DNA of 64,000 nucleotides from an uncultured Acidobacteriaceae bacterium (GTDB taxonomy: Bacteria; Acidobacteriota; Terriglobia; Terriglobales; Acidobacteriaceae), in the NCBI GenBank assembly GCA_963735895.1, contig CAVTMQ010000002.1, positions 305,938 through 369,937 of the forward strand. Reading direction: 5' to 3'. A program made the position numbers and the translations under genes. The notes beneath the pieces are model-generated. The model was not told the origin of the DNA. It was given only the letters and a program-made list of their open reading frames with translations, and ran no database searches. Shown one piece after another: positions 10,261 through 20,691 of this stretch (position 1 is its first letter; each line of letters begins with the position of its first letter).

Positions 10261-10338
10261 CGTAATCCTGAGTGCCGCAAGCCTGGGGCCTCGCAGACGA
10301 GAGTCTGCGGGGTAAGAAGGCGCGAAGGATCTGCTTTT
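10261..10338 (+). repeat. REP-like palindromic repeat, family A, copy 2
   Basis: CGTAATCCTGAGTG...GAAGGATCTGCTTTT. Inner GCCTGGGGCCTCGCAGAC-GAGA-GTCTGCGGGGTAAG is nearly identical to copy 1. Confidence 0.85.
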
Positions 10339-10414
10339 ATGTTCGTCACGGGCTGCGACCGCCATTCGCTCCGCCCCCGCACGCCCGCCCCGCTTTAGTA
10401 GACTCAACGTCAGA

Positions 10415-12750
10415 ATGGTTGCAGCAAAACTTCCAACTCCTCCCCGTCTCCTGTTCGCGTTCGGCTGCGCCGCTTTTGCGGCAACTTTCGTGGTCCCACC
10501 CCTCGTCGGCCAGGGCACACATCTCTGGACCCAATCGCGCATTGACGAATTTGAAAAGGGCACCCCGCAAGGCGTTGCCATCGGCAGCAACGGCCATCTG
10601 CGCGAAGGCCCTGGTCTGACCGACTTCCTCACCACTCCCTCCACGTTCGTGTGGTCCGTGGCCGTAGACAAAAACGGCACGCCATACCTCGGCACCGGCT
10701 CACCGGCCACGGTGCTGCGCGGGAGCGCACAGAAAGACGGCAAGCCCACCACGCTCTTCGAATCGCGCGACGTGAGTGTGCAGGTCGTGCGCATCGGTCC
10801 AGACGGCTCCCTCTACGCCGCCGCAGTTCCCAGTGGCAAAGTCTACAAGTTGAATCCCAATGCGACGGCGAAGCAGGACGAGCCCAGCGCCAAAGTTGTT
10901 TTCGATGCAGCCAAGGCAGAGAGCTCAGATAGCACGTCATAGCCGCGAATCAAAATCGCACTACATCTGGGACATGACCTTCGATGCCGCCGGCAAGCTC
11001 TACATCGCTGTCGGCGGACCCGGGCGCCGTCTATCGCGTTGATCCCGCCAAGCCCGATGCCAACCCCGAAATCGTTCTTCAAGAGCGACGAGCAGCACAT
11101 CCGCAGCACTCGCGTGGGACGCGAAAGGGAACCTGATCGCCGGTTCTGACGGCTCCGGCCTCGTCTATCGCATCAGCCCTCAAGGCAAAGGCTACGTGCT
11201 CTTTGAAGCACCGCGCCGTGAAATCACATCCGTCGCTGTCGCCGCCAACGGCACGATCTTCGCGGCCAGCGTCGGCGACAAAAGCCACAATCCCCTGCCG
11301 CCGCTTCCCGTGCAAGGTGTCGGAACCATCACCTTCACCATCGTGCAGCCTGGCTCGCTGCAGGCCGCCAACGCCAGCACTTCAACACCGGAAGGCACTG
11401 AGATCTACGCCATCGCTGAGGACCAGGCCCCTCGCAAAATCTGGTCGAGCAAAGACGACATCGTCTACGCCCTCGCCGCACAATCTGACGGCCTGCTCGC
11501 CATCAGCGGCAATCGCGGGCACATCTTCCGCATCCAGGAGAATGGCGACTACGCCGACGTCGCCCACGTCGAGGCGCAGCAAGGCCTTAAGTCTGACTGA
11601 CGTTCACGGCAGCGCCGGTAACGCTGTTCTCATCGGCACTGGCAACACCGGCAAGCTCTACTCTCTCGGCAAGTCCGAAATCCACGAGTACGCCAGCGAT
11701 GTCCTCGACGCCGGCGCATTCGCCCGCTTCGGCCGCATCGAAGTCGACCCCGATTCGGAGAACTACGAAATCTTCACCCGTACCGGCAACGTCGAGCAGC
11801 CCGTTCGCGGTCGCGGCGACTGGGGCTGGTCCGACTGGCAGCCGCTTAAAGATGGCGCCGTCCAATCGCCACCCGGCCGCTTCCTTCAATGGAAAGCCGT
11901 ACTGCAGCGCAGGCGGTAAACTCGCGCGGCGTAGGCGTGAACTATCTCCCCGTTAACGCCGCACCCGAAATTGATGACATGGTTGTCGCTGCCGGCGCCC
12001 GCCTCAACGCGCAAACCTCCGTCGCAAGCCAACAGCAGACCGTCAACATCAGCTTCCCTTCCTCAAATCAGCAAATGGTCGTTCCCGTTGACACCGGCAG
12101 TGCCAACTCCCCACTCCCAGCCATCAAGGACCGAACTGCCGTCACCGTTCGCTGGGCGGCTCATGATGACAACGGCGACGACCTGGTCTACTCGCTCTAT
12201 CTCCGCGGCGACGGTGAACATGATTGGCATCTGCTTGAAAGATGGCATCACGGAAAAGGCCTACAGCTTCGACGCCGCGCTCATTCCCGACGGCGGCTAT
12301 CGCGTCAAAGTCGTCGCATCCGATTCCCCCTCCCACACCCCCGGCGAAGCCCTAACCGATTCCAAGGAAAGCGAGCGCTTCGAAATCGACACCACGCCCC
12401 CGGTTGTCAGCAATCTACATCCTGAAGAAGCCTTGGCCAAATGCGTGCAGGCGCCCTGCCCAGCTCCGATCCGCGTAACCTTCGACGCAGAGGACGCAGC
12501 ATCGCCCATCGCTCGCGCCGAGTACGCACTCGATGCCGGCACCTGGCAGTACATCGACCCCATCGGCAAGCTCTCCGACTCCAAACGCGAGCACTACGAT
12601 ATCCAGATCCCCGCCAAGGCCGTCGAAGGCAAAACCGGCGAACACCTGATCACCGTGCGCGTCTACGACCGTCACGACAACATCGGCGTAGCCAAAACCG
12701 TCTTCGGCGCAGTCCAGCCACAACGAAGTAGCAGGCAAGATGCGATTTGA
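10415..12750 (+). CDS. Large secreted beta-propeller (WD40/YVTN-like) protein with C-terminal Ig/Fn3-like domains; split by several frameshifts in this assembly
   Basis: Consecutive frame pieces (10415-10942, 11196-11600, 11203-11919, 11889-12425, 11971-12750) each carry propeller blades (VWSVAVDKNGTPYLGTG, ITSVAVAANGTIFAA, DGGYRVKVVASD). Confidence 0.7.
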
Positions 12751-13989
12751 GCTCTATGTAGCGGCCCGGTACCTCAAAGCCAAGCGGCGGCAAGCTGTCG
12801 TCGGCGTGGTCACTGCCATCTCCATCGCCGGAGTCGCCGCCGGAGTCGCCGCGCTCATCATCGCTCTCGCCATCACCAACGGCATGCGCCGCGACCTGCA
12901 GGATCGTCTCGTCGCCTCCAGCGCCCACATCCAACTCATGCGCGTGAAGAACGACGGCATCCGCGACTGGCGGCCGCTCGTCGAACCGCCTGTCCAGGCT
13001 GCCCCACGTCGTCGCCGCCGCGCCGGAACTCGACGAACAGGTCATGGTCGCCCGCGGAGCTCGCGCCGGCTATGCTCTCGTCGAAGGCGTCGTGCCAGGA
13101 CAGGAGCAAAGACGTCAGCAGCGTCCTTTCCAACGCTCCCGTCGCCGCCGTGCGCGCCCTCGATCCAGCGCCTCCGCCATCCGATCCCGCAAACGCCGAA
13201 TTACCGCCCGTCGTCCTCGGCAAAGACCTGGCAGATTCGATCGGCGCAAACGTCGGCGACTCCATCCTGCTGGTCAGCCCGCAAGGTGATCTTACGCCAG
13301 TCGGGGTTGTCCCCAACGTCCGGCATTTCCGGCTCGCCGGCATTTATCACACAGGCTTTTATCAATACGATTCCGCATGGGGATTCGTCCGCCTTGCCGA
13401 TGCGCAGCGTCTCTATGACGAACCCGACCTCGTCTCCGTCATCAGCTTCAAAATCGACGACCTCAACAGCGCGCCTCAGATCGCAAAGCAGATCGAACAA
13501 GCCGCAGGCCCCGGCTTCATGACTACCAACTGGATGGAGCAGAACCGCGAGCTCTTCCGCGCGCTCAAGCTCGAGCAGATCGTCACCTTCATCGTTATCA
13601 CTCTCATCGTGATCGTTGCCGCGCTCAACATCCTCATCGCGCTCACCATGATGGTGATGGAGAAAACTCGCGACATCGCCGTCCTCATGAGCTTCGGCGT
13701 CGACCCCGGACAGGTGCGCCGCATCTTCCTACTGCAGGGCTTCCTCATCAGCATCGTCGGAACCGCGCTCGGCCTTATCCTCGGCTACATCGGTGCGTGG
13801 GCTGGCAGCCACTATCACATCCAACTCTCACCCGACGTCTACGCCATCGACACGCTTCCCTTCGCGCCAAGATGGCTCGATGGAATCCTCGTCTCTGCGG
13901 TCTCCATCGGAATCTCGCTCCTCGCGACTCTCTATCCCTCATGGACCGCCGCCCGCATCCGTCCAGCCGAGGCGCTCCGCTACGAATAG
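12740..13989 (+). CDS. lolE: LolC/LolE (FtsX-like) lipoprotein-releasing ABC permease; frameshifted near 12990-13090
   Basis: MRFELYVAARYLKAKRRQ...ISIAGVAAGVAALII N-terminus. C-terminal half has MMVMEKTRDIAVL...PAEALRYE in another frame. Confidence 0.85.
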
Positions 13990-14056
13990 CTGCGTCGCTT
14001 CTTCGATCTCCGACCGTAAAGCCAGAGTCTGTTAGATTGCGCGAATGCTCGACCTG

Positions 14057-15685
14057 CTATTGCTTCTCTTCGGTCGCGGTGACCTCGGTCTTCTCTCTCT
14101 CGAAGTAGAACCGGAGCATCCAGACACTCCGCCTGGGATCGCCGTTCCGCATCGGTGGCGTAAATTCCCATGACAACGCTGTCCGTTGTGCAAGTCTGGC
14201 GAAATAATTCCCTGGGCCCGGCGAAACATATGAGGCATCGGCCACCCTTCCCTCTTCGTTCACCGAGACGCGTATCAGGACCTCTACAGGCCTGCGCATC
14301 CCGCTCAGGGCGCCCGGCGATACGGCGGGCAGTACTCGTCTTGCAACTTCCCCATCTGCATTCTCCACAACCCGCGCGTGATGCGGAACCGATGGTTCGG
14401 ACGGCTGTGGGGCCGGTTCGCTCACCGTTGGCGCGCTCTGCGTTTCAGCCGGCGAAGAGTCGGTAGGCTGCGTTTCCGATGCAGGCTGACTAGTGTCAGG
14501 CTCTGTTTGACTTGCCACCGGTGGAGCAGGGGCAGGAGCGGGGGTAGGGGCGGCGGGTTGCTGCTGCGGTACAGGCGGGCTGATCGCGGGCGCACTCTGA
14601 TTCGCCGTTGCTGGCGGAGTGTTCATCTTCTGGTATTTGCGCACCAGCAGGAACGAGACAATCGCAATCACTGCGAGAAGGACAATCGCATAAGGTATAA
14701 CCCGAAACCGGTGTAGCGGTGTTTCTTCAAAGTGCGTAAGCGACTTGGAGAAAAGAACCGGTTCGGTAGTTTCTTCCGCGTCGATTTCTTCTATGCGCGA
14801 ACGGAGTTTTGTCGGCGCGTCTTTGATCGGAATCTCGCTTGCCGGGGCTGGCGTCGCGGCAGGCACGGGGATATCCATCTTGACCGGAATCGGACTTACG
14901 CTATCGGCAAGCGGGATGGATTTGCTCGTGTCCAGTCGTTCCAGAACAGACTCGATTGTGCACCGGCGGAGAGGATCGACTCGAAGACAGTCCTGCACAA
15001 TCTGGCGAAAGGGACAAGGCAGCGCTTCCGTGACGGTGGGATCCTCATTACGCGATGAGTCCCAGGAGAGCGGAGTTCCGGTCATCGCTTCCCACATGGT
15101 CATACCAACTGACCACACATCTGCCGCCGCCGTCACCACGCCATGCTGCAGCTCGGGCGCATCGTATTTGCCAGTTCCTGGGATGCTCCTTTTGGCCGAG
15201 CCCGCAACTAGCAAATCGGTCATTGCCAGCTTCGGCTTTAAGTCAGCCAACTGGATGTTCGATGGATTTACAAAACCGTGGACGACACTGTTCTTGTGAA
15301 GGTAAGAAAGCGCGTCGAGAACCGGATTAAAGAACTCCCTGGCCGGGTCTGCTTTCAGCCTTCTGTCTTCAATCATCTTTGAAAGAGTCGCGTAGGGGCG
15401 TTCCGTGACAACATATACCAGGTCGCGACCATCGATGACGCATCGACCCGCCGCAAATACCTTTGCTAAATGCGGATGAGACAGGCTCATTGCGAAAGTC
15501 CACTGACCAATGAATGCGTCCGCCTCGACACCACCCGCCAGATTCAGTTGAATGAGGGCTTCCTGCATCCCCTGCAGGACGGTAAGAAACGAGCAGGATT
15601 TCTCCGAGCCTTCCAACCATTCCAGGAGCGGAAATCGCCCCTCGACAACGCGCCCCTCCCACCCGTTGCCAAAAACCATCCCCAT
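14057..15685 (-). CDS. Ser/Thr-kinase-like (degenerate) domain + TM + Pro-rich linker + TonB C-terminal domain
   Basis: LSHPHLAKV, LDALSYLH, VHG..NPSNI, YDAPE, ADVWSVG kinase scaffold. C-terminus VLIRVSVNEEGRV..A...YFARLA..TALSWEFTP is TonB_C-like. Confidence 0.75.
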   Translation of the reverse strand: MGMVFGNGWEGRVVEGRFPLLEWLEGSEKSCSFLTVLQGMQEALIQLNLAGGVEADAFIGQWTFAMSLSHPHLAKVFAAGRCVIDGRDLVYVVTERPYATLSKMIEDRRLKADPAREFFNPVLDALSYLHKNSVVHGFVNPSNIQLADLKPKLAMTDLLVAGSAKRSIPGTGKYDAPELQHGVVTAAADVWSVGMTMWEAMTGTPLSWDSSRNEDPTVTEALPCPFRQIVQDCLRVDPLRRCTIESVLERLDTSKSIPLADSVSPIPVKMDIPVPAATPAPASEIPIKDAPTKLRSRIEEIDAEETTEPVLFSKSLTHFEETPLHRFRVIPYAIVLLAVIAIVSFLLVRKYQKMNTPPATANQSAPAISPPVPQQQPAAPTPAPAPAPPVASQTEPDTSQPASETQPTDSSPAETQSAPTVSEPAPQPSEPSVPHHARVVENADGEVARRVLPAVSPGALSGMRRPVEVLIRVSVNEEGRVADASYVSPGPGNYFARLAQRTALSWEFTPPMRNGDPRRSVWMLRFYFEREKTEVTATEEKQ

Positions 15686-15895
15686 GGGAACTAATTCTAT
15701 CCAAAGGCACAGTGATGTCTCGCCTGCTTACTCTCCCAGTCGCATTTTTTGGTAATGTACTGATGAAAAACGTCCCATATGTATCGTGCTTTCTCTTGAT
15801 TTACTGTTGAAACCGATTGGATTGAAGGAAATAACTCCTCACCTTGGGATCGAGCGAATCCAGACGAATCGCCCTTCGGCCGGAGATTCTCCGGT

Positions 15896-16393
15896 TCAAC
15901 GCATTGCCCGCACCATCTCATACTCCGTGATAGCCGAGTCGTTCGGATACACCTCGGTCTTCCCCGTCATCCCGAACCCCATGCGTTCGTAGAATGCGAT
16001 CGCACCCTGATTGACGCTCGTCACCATCAGCTTTACCTGGTGGATCCCACGCAATCGCGCCCACTCCACGACTGCGTCAATCAATCTGCTCCCCACGCCT
16101 TCCCGCCGAACCTCTGGAGCAACCCACATCGAAACCACGTGTACGCGGCGCGCATCCTGCTCCTCGGCAAAGGTGAAAACCATCCCGCACCCGCAATCTC
16201 CGTCAAACGCGAGGAATCCGGCGGATCCACCGCTGCTCCAACGCGCTGCGCGTTTCCTCCATTCCGCATCGGGGAGTTGCGATTCTTTCGCGTAGGTACT
16301 GGAAAACGCCGTGGGAGAATCCTTCAGAGCGCGCAGGCGAATGTCTTTGAAGACAAGAGAGGCCTCTGGCGTGATGCGCTCAATAACGATCAA
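15896..16393 (-). CDS. GNAT-family acetyltransferase
   Basis: SMWVAPEVRREGVGSRL and NQGAIAFYERMGF. Start placed at TTG 16393 behind GGAG. Confidence 0.88.
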   Translation of the reverse strand: MIVIERITPEASLVFKDIRLRALKDSPTAFSSTYAKESQLPDAEWRKRAARWSSGGSAGFLAFDGDCGCGMVFTFAEEQDARRVHVVSMWVAPEVRREGVGSRLIDAVVEWARLRGIHQVKLMVTSVNQGAIAFYERMGFGMTGKTEVYPNDSAITEYEMVRAMR

Positions 16394-16418
16394 TGCAACT
16401 CCGCATGTACAGCGGGAT

Positions 16419-16619
16419 TTACTGCGGCGTGATAATTCCGCCAACCGCATGTCGCCGCGGCAGCACGATACCGCGATGATCCACCTCAGCCGGCGCGGCC
16501 TTTGCCGTAGAAGACGGCAGCTCGGCACGCTCCACCAGCGCGCCTCCGCATGCTGGACACCAGTCCGCCTTCGTGTCCGAAGCCAGCGCAGCGTGGCAAT
16601 GTGTGCACATCCGTTCCAT
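16419..16619 (-). CDS. Small zinc-ribbon protein (CxxC-x12-CxxC)
   Basis: MERMCTHC...WCPACGG. A TAGACT -10-like hexamer sits 6 nt upstream of the ATG (leaderless pattern). Confidence 0.55.
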   Translation of the reverse strand: MERMCTHCHAALASDTKADWCPACGGALVERAELPSSTAKAAPAEVDHRGIVLPRRHAVGGIITPQ

Positions 16620-16694
16620 ACACCCAGTCTACCCAATCTCGTGAATCCGAGGTTCGTGCTTGGAATGAACTGGTCTCCAGCGATTGCAAATCGG

Positions 16695-17102
16695 TCATTT
16701 GGCTCCCGGAAAATGCTCCACGTGAAATCCTCCCTGGCGCCCGAAGTAGATCACCTTCTTGCCGGTCAGAAACGCCCAATATGCAACCACACCTGCTGCA
16801 CAAGCCTGGCGCATGAACTCGGGATAGCGAATTTCATCGCGTTGCGCGGCGCGGATCGCCGCGACAATTCCGCCTTCTGAAAACTCCTCTGCGACCGCGT
16901 CCATCGTCAGGTGCATTTTGACTGCCAGGGTTGTGCCGTCCCGCAGGTAGACGATGTCCTCAGCTCGCGGCACATCCACAAAGTAAGACTCAACTCCGGC
17001 GGCCAGCATTCGGCCCACTACTTCAGGGAATATCAGCTTCCCCGCATGCGTTTCTGCAAGAATCTCGCGAATTGCTTGTTCATTCATTACTTGCGTATCC
17101 AT
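16695..17102 (-). CDS. DUF1398 (YbcV-like) protein
   Basis: FPEVVGRMLAAGVESYFVD...YPEFM...AAGV..Y......KVIYFGRQG.FHVEHFP. Confidence 0.75.
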   Translation of the reverse strand: MDTQVMNEQAIREILAETHAGKLIFPEVVGRMLAAGVESYFVDVPRAEDIVYLRDGTTLAVKMHLTMDAVAEEFSEGGIVAAIRAAQRDEIRYPEFMRQACAAGVVAYWAFLTGKKVIYFGRQGGFHVEHFPGAK

Positions 17103-17110
17103 AACCCTCC

Positions 17111-17584
17111 TCATTGTGTGGGAACCTTGTTCAATTTGTGTGCTTGCGCCAGCCTTTTCAGAATTGCCAGCAGTTCCCTGCGCTCGCCGGCAGTGAGCGG
17201 CGCAAAGAATTCTCGATCGTTGCGATCGGCCAGCGTCGCCAGTGCAGGCACCAACTGTGTGCCTGCATCAGTCAACCGAATGTCCTGGTAGCGACGGTCG
17301 TCGCTTCGTTCCTCGCGCGAGATCAGGCGCTTCTCTACCAGGCGGTCGATCAGTTTCGATGCCGCGCCCCTTGTCATTCCAGTCAGTTCGGCAATCTTGC
17401 TCGGAGAGGTACAGTCGTGGTCGTACATCTCGCGCAGCACCACCCACTCGGCAACCGTTACTCTGCTCTTCTGGATCTTCTGCGAAAAAGAGTGAGAAAC
17501 ATGGTTTGATACACCCCGCATCCAGAACCCGATGTGATCACGTAAATCGCTGACCGGATGCGCGGCTGCTTCGCCTTTACTCAT
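17111..17584 (-). CDS. MarR-family transcriptional regulator
   Basis: wHTH 'SPSKIAELTGMTRGAASKLIDRLVEK.LI.R....DDRR...I.LT..G'. Confidence 0.92.
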   Translation of the reverse strand: MSKGEAAAHPVSDLRDHIGFWMRGVSNHVSHSFSQKIQKSRVTVAEWVVLREMYDHDCTSPSKIAELTGMTRGAASKLIDRLVEKRLISREERSDDRRYQDIRLTDAGTQLVPALATLADRNDREFFAPLTAGERRELLAILKRLAQAHKLNKVPTQ

Positions 17585-17590
17585 GAAAAG

Positions 17591-17624
17591 AGCTTAGCTT
17601 GAAATTGGTTTCTTAGTCAACTAT
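17591..17624 (-). promoter_or_regulatory. Leaderless promoter of marR with overlapping imperfect palindrome (probable autoregulatory operator)
   Basis: TTGACT-18-TAAGCT-6 nt-ATG. The imperfect inverted repeat ATTGGTTTCTTAGTCAACTAT overlaps the -35. Confidence 0.5.
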
Positions 17625-17839
17625 TTATTAGGATACTAATAACCGGCCGTTCGGCGTTGCAGCCTTCGTTCTAGGTATTCGGCATCGACCGTCTAGGTCA
17701 GAATCCAATCCCGCTCTCGAGCATCGAAAGCGGGCAGCTTTACCACCACTCCGAATGGGAACAGCGATTCAATTGGCGCGGAACTTGCAGTCTTTAAATG
17801 CGTTACCGACTGAGAGCCATCTCCCGGTACACTAGATTC

Positions 17840-18721
17840 ATGCATCCCCCCGTTCGCCTCGTGGCGATCGACATGGACGGCACACTGCTGCCCACTTTCA
17901 GCCAGACCATCAGCCCCCGCAACGTGCAGGCGCTCCTGCGCCGCGCAACAGGCCGGAATTACCGTGGCCATCGCCACCGGTCGCCGCACGGCCTACACGG
18001 CTCCCCTGCTTGAAGGACTCGGCCTGCAAGCGGATATGCCCCTCATCACGTCCAATGGAGCAGTGACTCGAACTCTCGACGGCGCCCCATCGACCGCTCC
18101 CAACTCGAAGCCCGTGTGGCGCGAGGCCTCTGCGGATTGCTCCGCCCCTTCGGAACACTGGTCTTTACCTTCGATCAGCTTGGGCCAGGCGAATTGGTCC
18201 TCGAAGATTTCGAGCAGGCGCATCAGAGAATCGCCTTGTGGGTCGAAGCCAATCGCGACGCCATCGATGTGGTCAAGCCACTTGAAATGGCACTCGAAGA
18301 CGGGAATGACCCCATTCAGGGCATGGTCACGGGCGGCCTCGATAAAATGCGTCTCGCCGAGAAGGCTCTCAAATCCAGCGAATGGAGCAGCTTCTGCGAG
18401 GCCGTCCGCACCGAATACCCTTCGCGCGACCTCTCCATCCTCGACCTGCTGCCCCCGGGAGTCTCGAAAGGATGGGCGCTCCAGCGGCTCGCCGCCCGCC
18501 TAGGCGTCGACCGCAAAGAGACCATGGCCATTGGCGACAACTGGAACGACGTCGATATGCTCGAATGGGCAGGGCAGGCGGTCTTGATGTCCAACGCTGC
18601 TCACGACCTGCGCACCCTCGCCAAAACCCGCGGCTGGAAGCAAACGCCGCCCAATGATGAAGATGGCGTGGCCGTGACTTTGGAGATGGCCGTGGCGCGC
18701 CGCGTCTCTGCTAAAGTCTGA
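17840..18721 (+). CDS. Cof-type HAD-IIB hydrolase; two apparent frameshifts
   Basis: Motif I AIDMDGTLL, motif II IATGRR...ITSNGA, and motifs III/IV VSKG...IGDNWNDVDML lie in three successive frames. Confidence 0.85.
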
Positions 18722-18738
18722 AGCAACAGGAAATCCGT

Positions 18739-19473
18739 TTGCGTTTACCTCTTCAAATCGTCGCCATCGTCCTGACCTTCGCCGCCGCGCTCGTCTCTCC
18801 GGCCTTCGCCGCCGAGCGCGTTCTTCTCGCCAATGGATTTGACATGCGCTGCAATCACCACGCCGCCGTCGGCTCGATGGTCCGCCTCTACATGAACCCC
18901 GGCCAGAGCAGCTATATCGAATTCCGACCCGAGGAAATAGCGAGTTTCGAAACCGTCCCCGATCCTCCGCCTCCGCAGCTTTCAAACACTGCCAAGCTGG
19001 GTACTGACGCAAGACTCAACCCCGCCGACCTCAACGAAATGCTCGCCGCGGCCGGCCAGCAGCACAACCTCGACGCAGATCTGCTCGCAAGCGTCGTCAA
19101 GGCTGAGAGCAACGGCAACACCCGCGCCGTCAGTCGCGCCGGTGCCCGCGGCCTCATGCAGCTCATGCCCGGGACCGCCGCGGAACAGGGCGTCGACGAC
19201 AGCTTCCGGCCAGATGAAAACGTGCGTGGCGGCTCAGCCTACTTGAATGACCTGCTCGTGAAATACCACGACAACATCGCCCTCGCCCTCGCCGCCTACA
19301 ACGCCGGCCCCGCAGCCGTCGACAAATACCACGGCATCCCGCCTTACCACGAGACCCGCGCCTATGTGGCCCGAGTCATCCATGAATTCAACCGCCGCGT
19401 GCTCGCCCGCGAAGCCGAGGCCCGCAAAAGCGGTGCCGCTGCTGCCAGCCTCAGCGCCTTCCATGTCCGATAG
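18739..19473 (+). CDS. Soluble lytic transglycosylase (SLT domain), exported
   Basis: AES.GN..AVSRAGARGLMQLMP, ENV.GG..YL, ALAAYNAGP, ETRAYV. Confidence 0.92.
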   Translation: MRLPLQIVAIVLTFAAALVSPAFAAERVLLANGFDMRCNHHAAVGSMVRLYMNPGQSSYIEFRPEEIASFETVPDPPPPQLSNTAKLGTDARLNPADLNEMLAAAGQQHNLDADLLASVVKAESNGNTRAVSRAGARGLMQLMPGTAAEQGVDDSFRPDENVRGGSAYLNDLLVKYHDNIALALAAYNAGPAAVDKYHGIPPYHETRAYVARVIHEFNRRVLAREAEARKSGAAAASLSAFHVR

Positions 19474-19575
19474 TCCTCTTCCCACCCATTCGCGATATCA
19501 CGAACTTCGCATCTCCGTAACCTCCCGAAAAAGCCCCGGCCATACAATAAAATCAACAATCGAAACGGAGAACGC

Positions 19576-20691
19576 TTGAAGAAGAAACAGTTGATATTGG
19601 GCTTGGTCGTCTTGGCCGCGCTGGTAGCGCTCTTTATCTGGGGACGGCAGAAATTCCACTTCGAGTTTGGCGTCTTCCGCACACAACTGGCTGAAGCCGA
19701 CTGGCGCAGAATCGCTCTCGGCATCGGCTGCATCTACCTGGGCTTCGTCTTCCGCTCGGTCCGCTGGGCCGCCCTGCTCAAGCACAACAAGAGAGTCCCT
19801 CCATTTTCGCTTCTGGGAACCCAGGTCATCGGCTTCACTGCCATCGCTCTCATCGGTCGCGTGGCAGACCCCGTCCGTCCTTATCTTGTTTCAAAAAAAA
19901 CCGGCCTTCCCCTGAGCTCTCAATTTGCCGTCTATATCGTTGAGCGGCTCTTCGACGCTGGATCAATGGCGCTGATCTTTTCTGTCGCCATGCTTTGGAT
20001 ACCGCAAGCCGACATTGTCAAGGCAACTAGCCACTCTGGCATGGTCTCCACCATGCAGCACCATTCACCTCTGCTTGCAGCATTCTTCGCGCGATACGGC
20101 GGACTGGCACTGACCTTCCTCGGCGCGCTCTTCCTTGTCGCCGTGCGTCTCTGGGGCGCTTCAGTTGCCTCATTCTGCGAACACAGCTTTGGCCTCGTTT
20201 CAAAAAGACTCGGAGCCGCCATCGGCGAGAAGATCCGCACCTTCCATGCGGGCCTCGACACCATGCGTTCCTTCTCGGAATTCGCGGTCACCGCCTCGCT
20301 CTCAATCGCCATGTGGGCCCTCATCGCATACGCCTACCTGACTACCTGTCGCGCCTTCACGGCAAGCCCCGAACTGGCTTCACTCACTCCTCCCAAGTGC
20401 GTGCTCCTTATGATCGCTAGCGGCGGCGCCAGCATCTTCCAGCTTCCCGTGCTCGGCTGGTTCACGCAAATTGGAATTGTTGCCGCAGCAATCACAGGCC
20501 TCATCGGTGCGTCTCCCGAAGCAGCCACTGCTTGCGCAGCCTCGCTGCTCCTTGTCACATTCCTTTCGACGATCCCCGTCGGCCTCATCTGGGCGCAGTT
20601 CGAGCACGTCAGCCTGCGCAAGGTCGCCCACGAAAGCGAGGTTGCCGAAGAAATCGCTGTCGACAGCCCCGCAACTAACGCGGCTGAGTAA
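19576..20691 (+). CDS. Lysylphosphatidylglycerol-synthase TM (UPF0104/AglD-like flippase) protein
   Basis: Multi-TM, 'RSVRW..LL', 'GRVAD.VR.YL', 'VERLFD'. Confidence 0.85.
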   Translation: MKKKQLILGLVVLAALVALFIWGRQKFHFEFGVFRTQLAEADWRRIALGIGCIYLGFVFRSVRWAALLKHNKRVPPFSLLGTQVIGFTAIALIGRVADPVRPYLVSKKTGLPLSSQFAVYIVERLFDAGSMALIFSVAMLWIPQADIVKATSHSGMVSTMQHHSPLLAAFFARYGGLALTFLGALFLVAVRLWGASVASFCEHSFGLVSKRLGAAIGEKIRTFHAGLDTMRSFSEFAVTASLSIAMWALIAYAYLTTCRAFTASPELASLTPPKCVLLMIASGGASIFQLPVLGWFTQIGIVAAAITGLIGASPEAATACAASLLLVTFLSTIPVGLIWAQFEHVSLRKVAHESEVAEEIAVDSPATNAAE

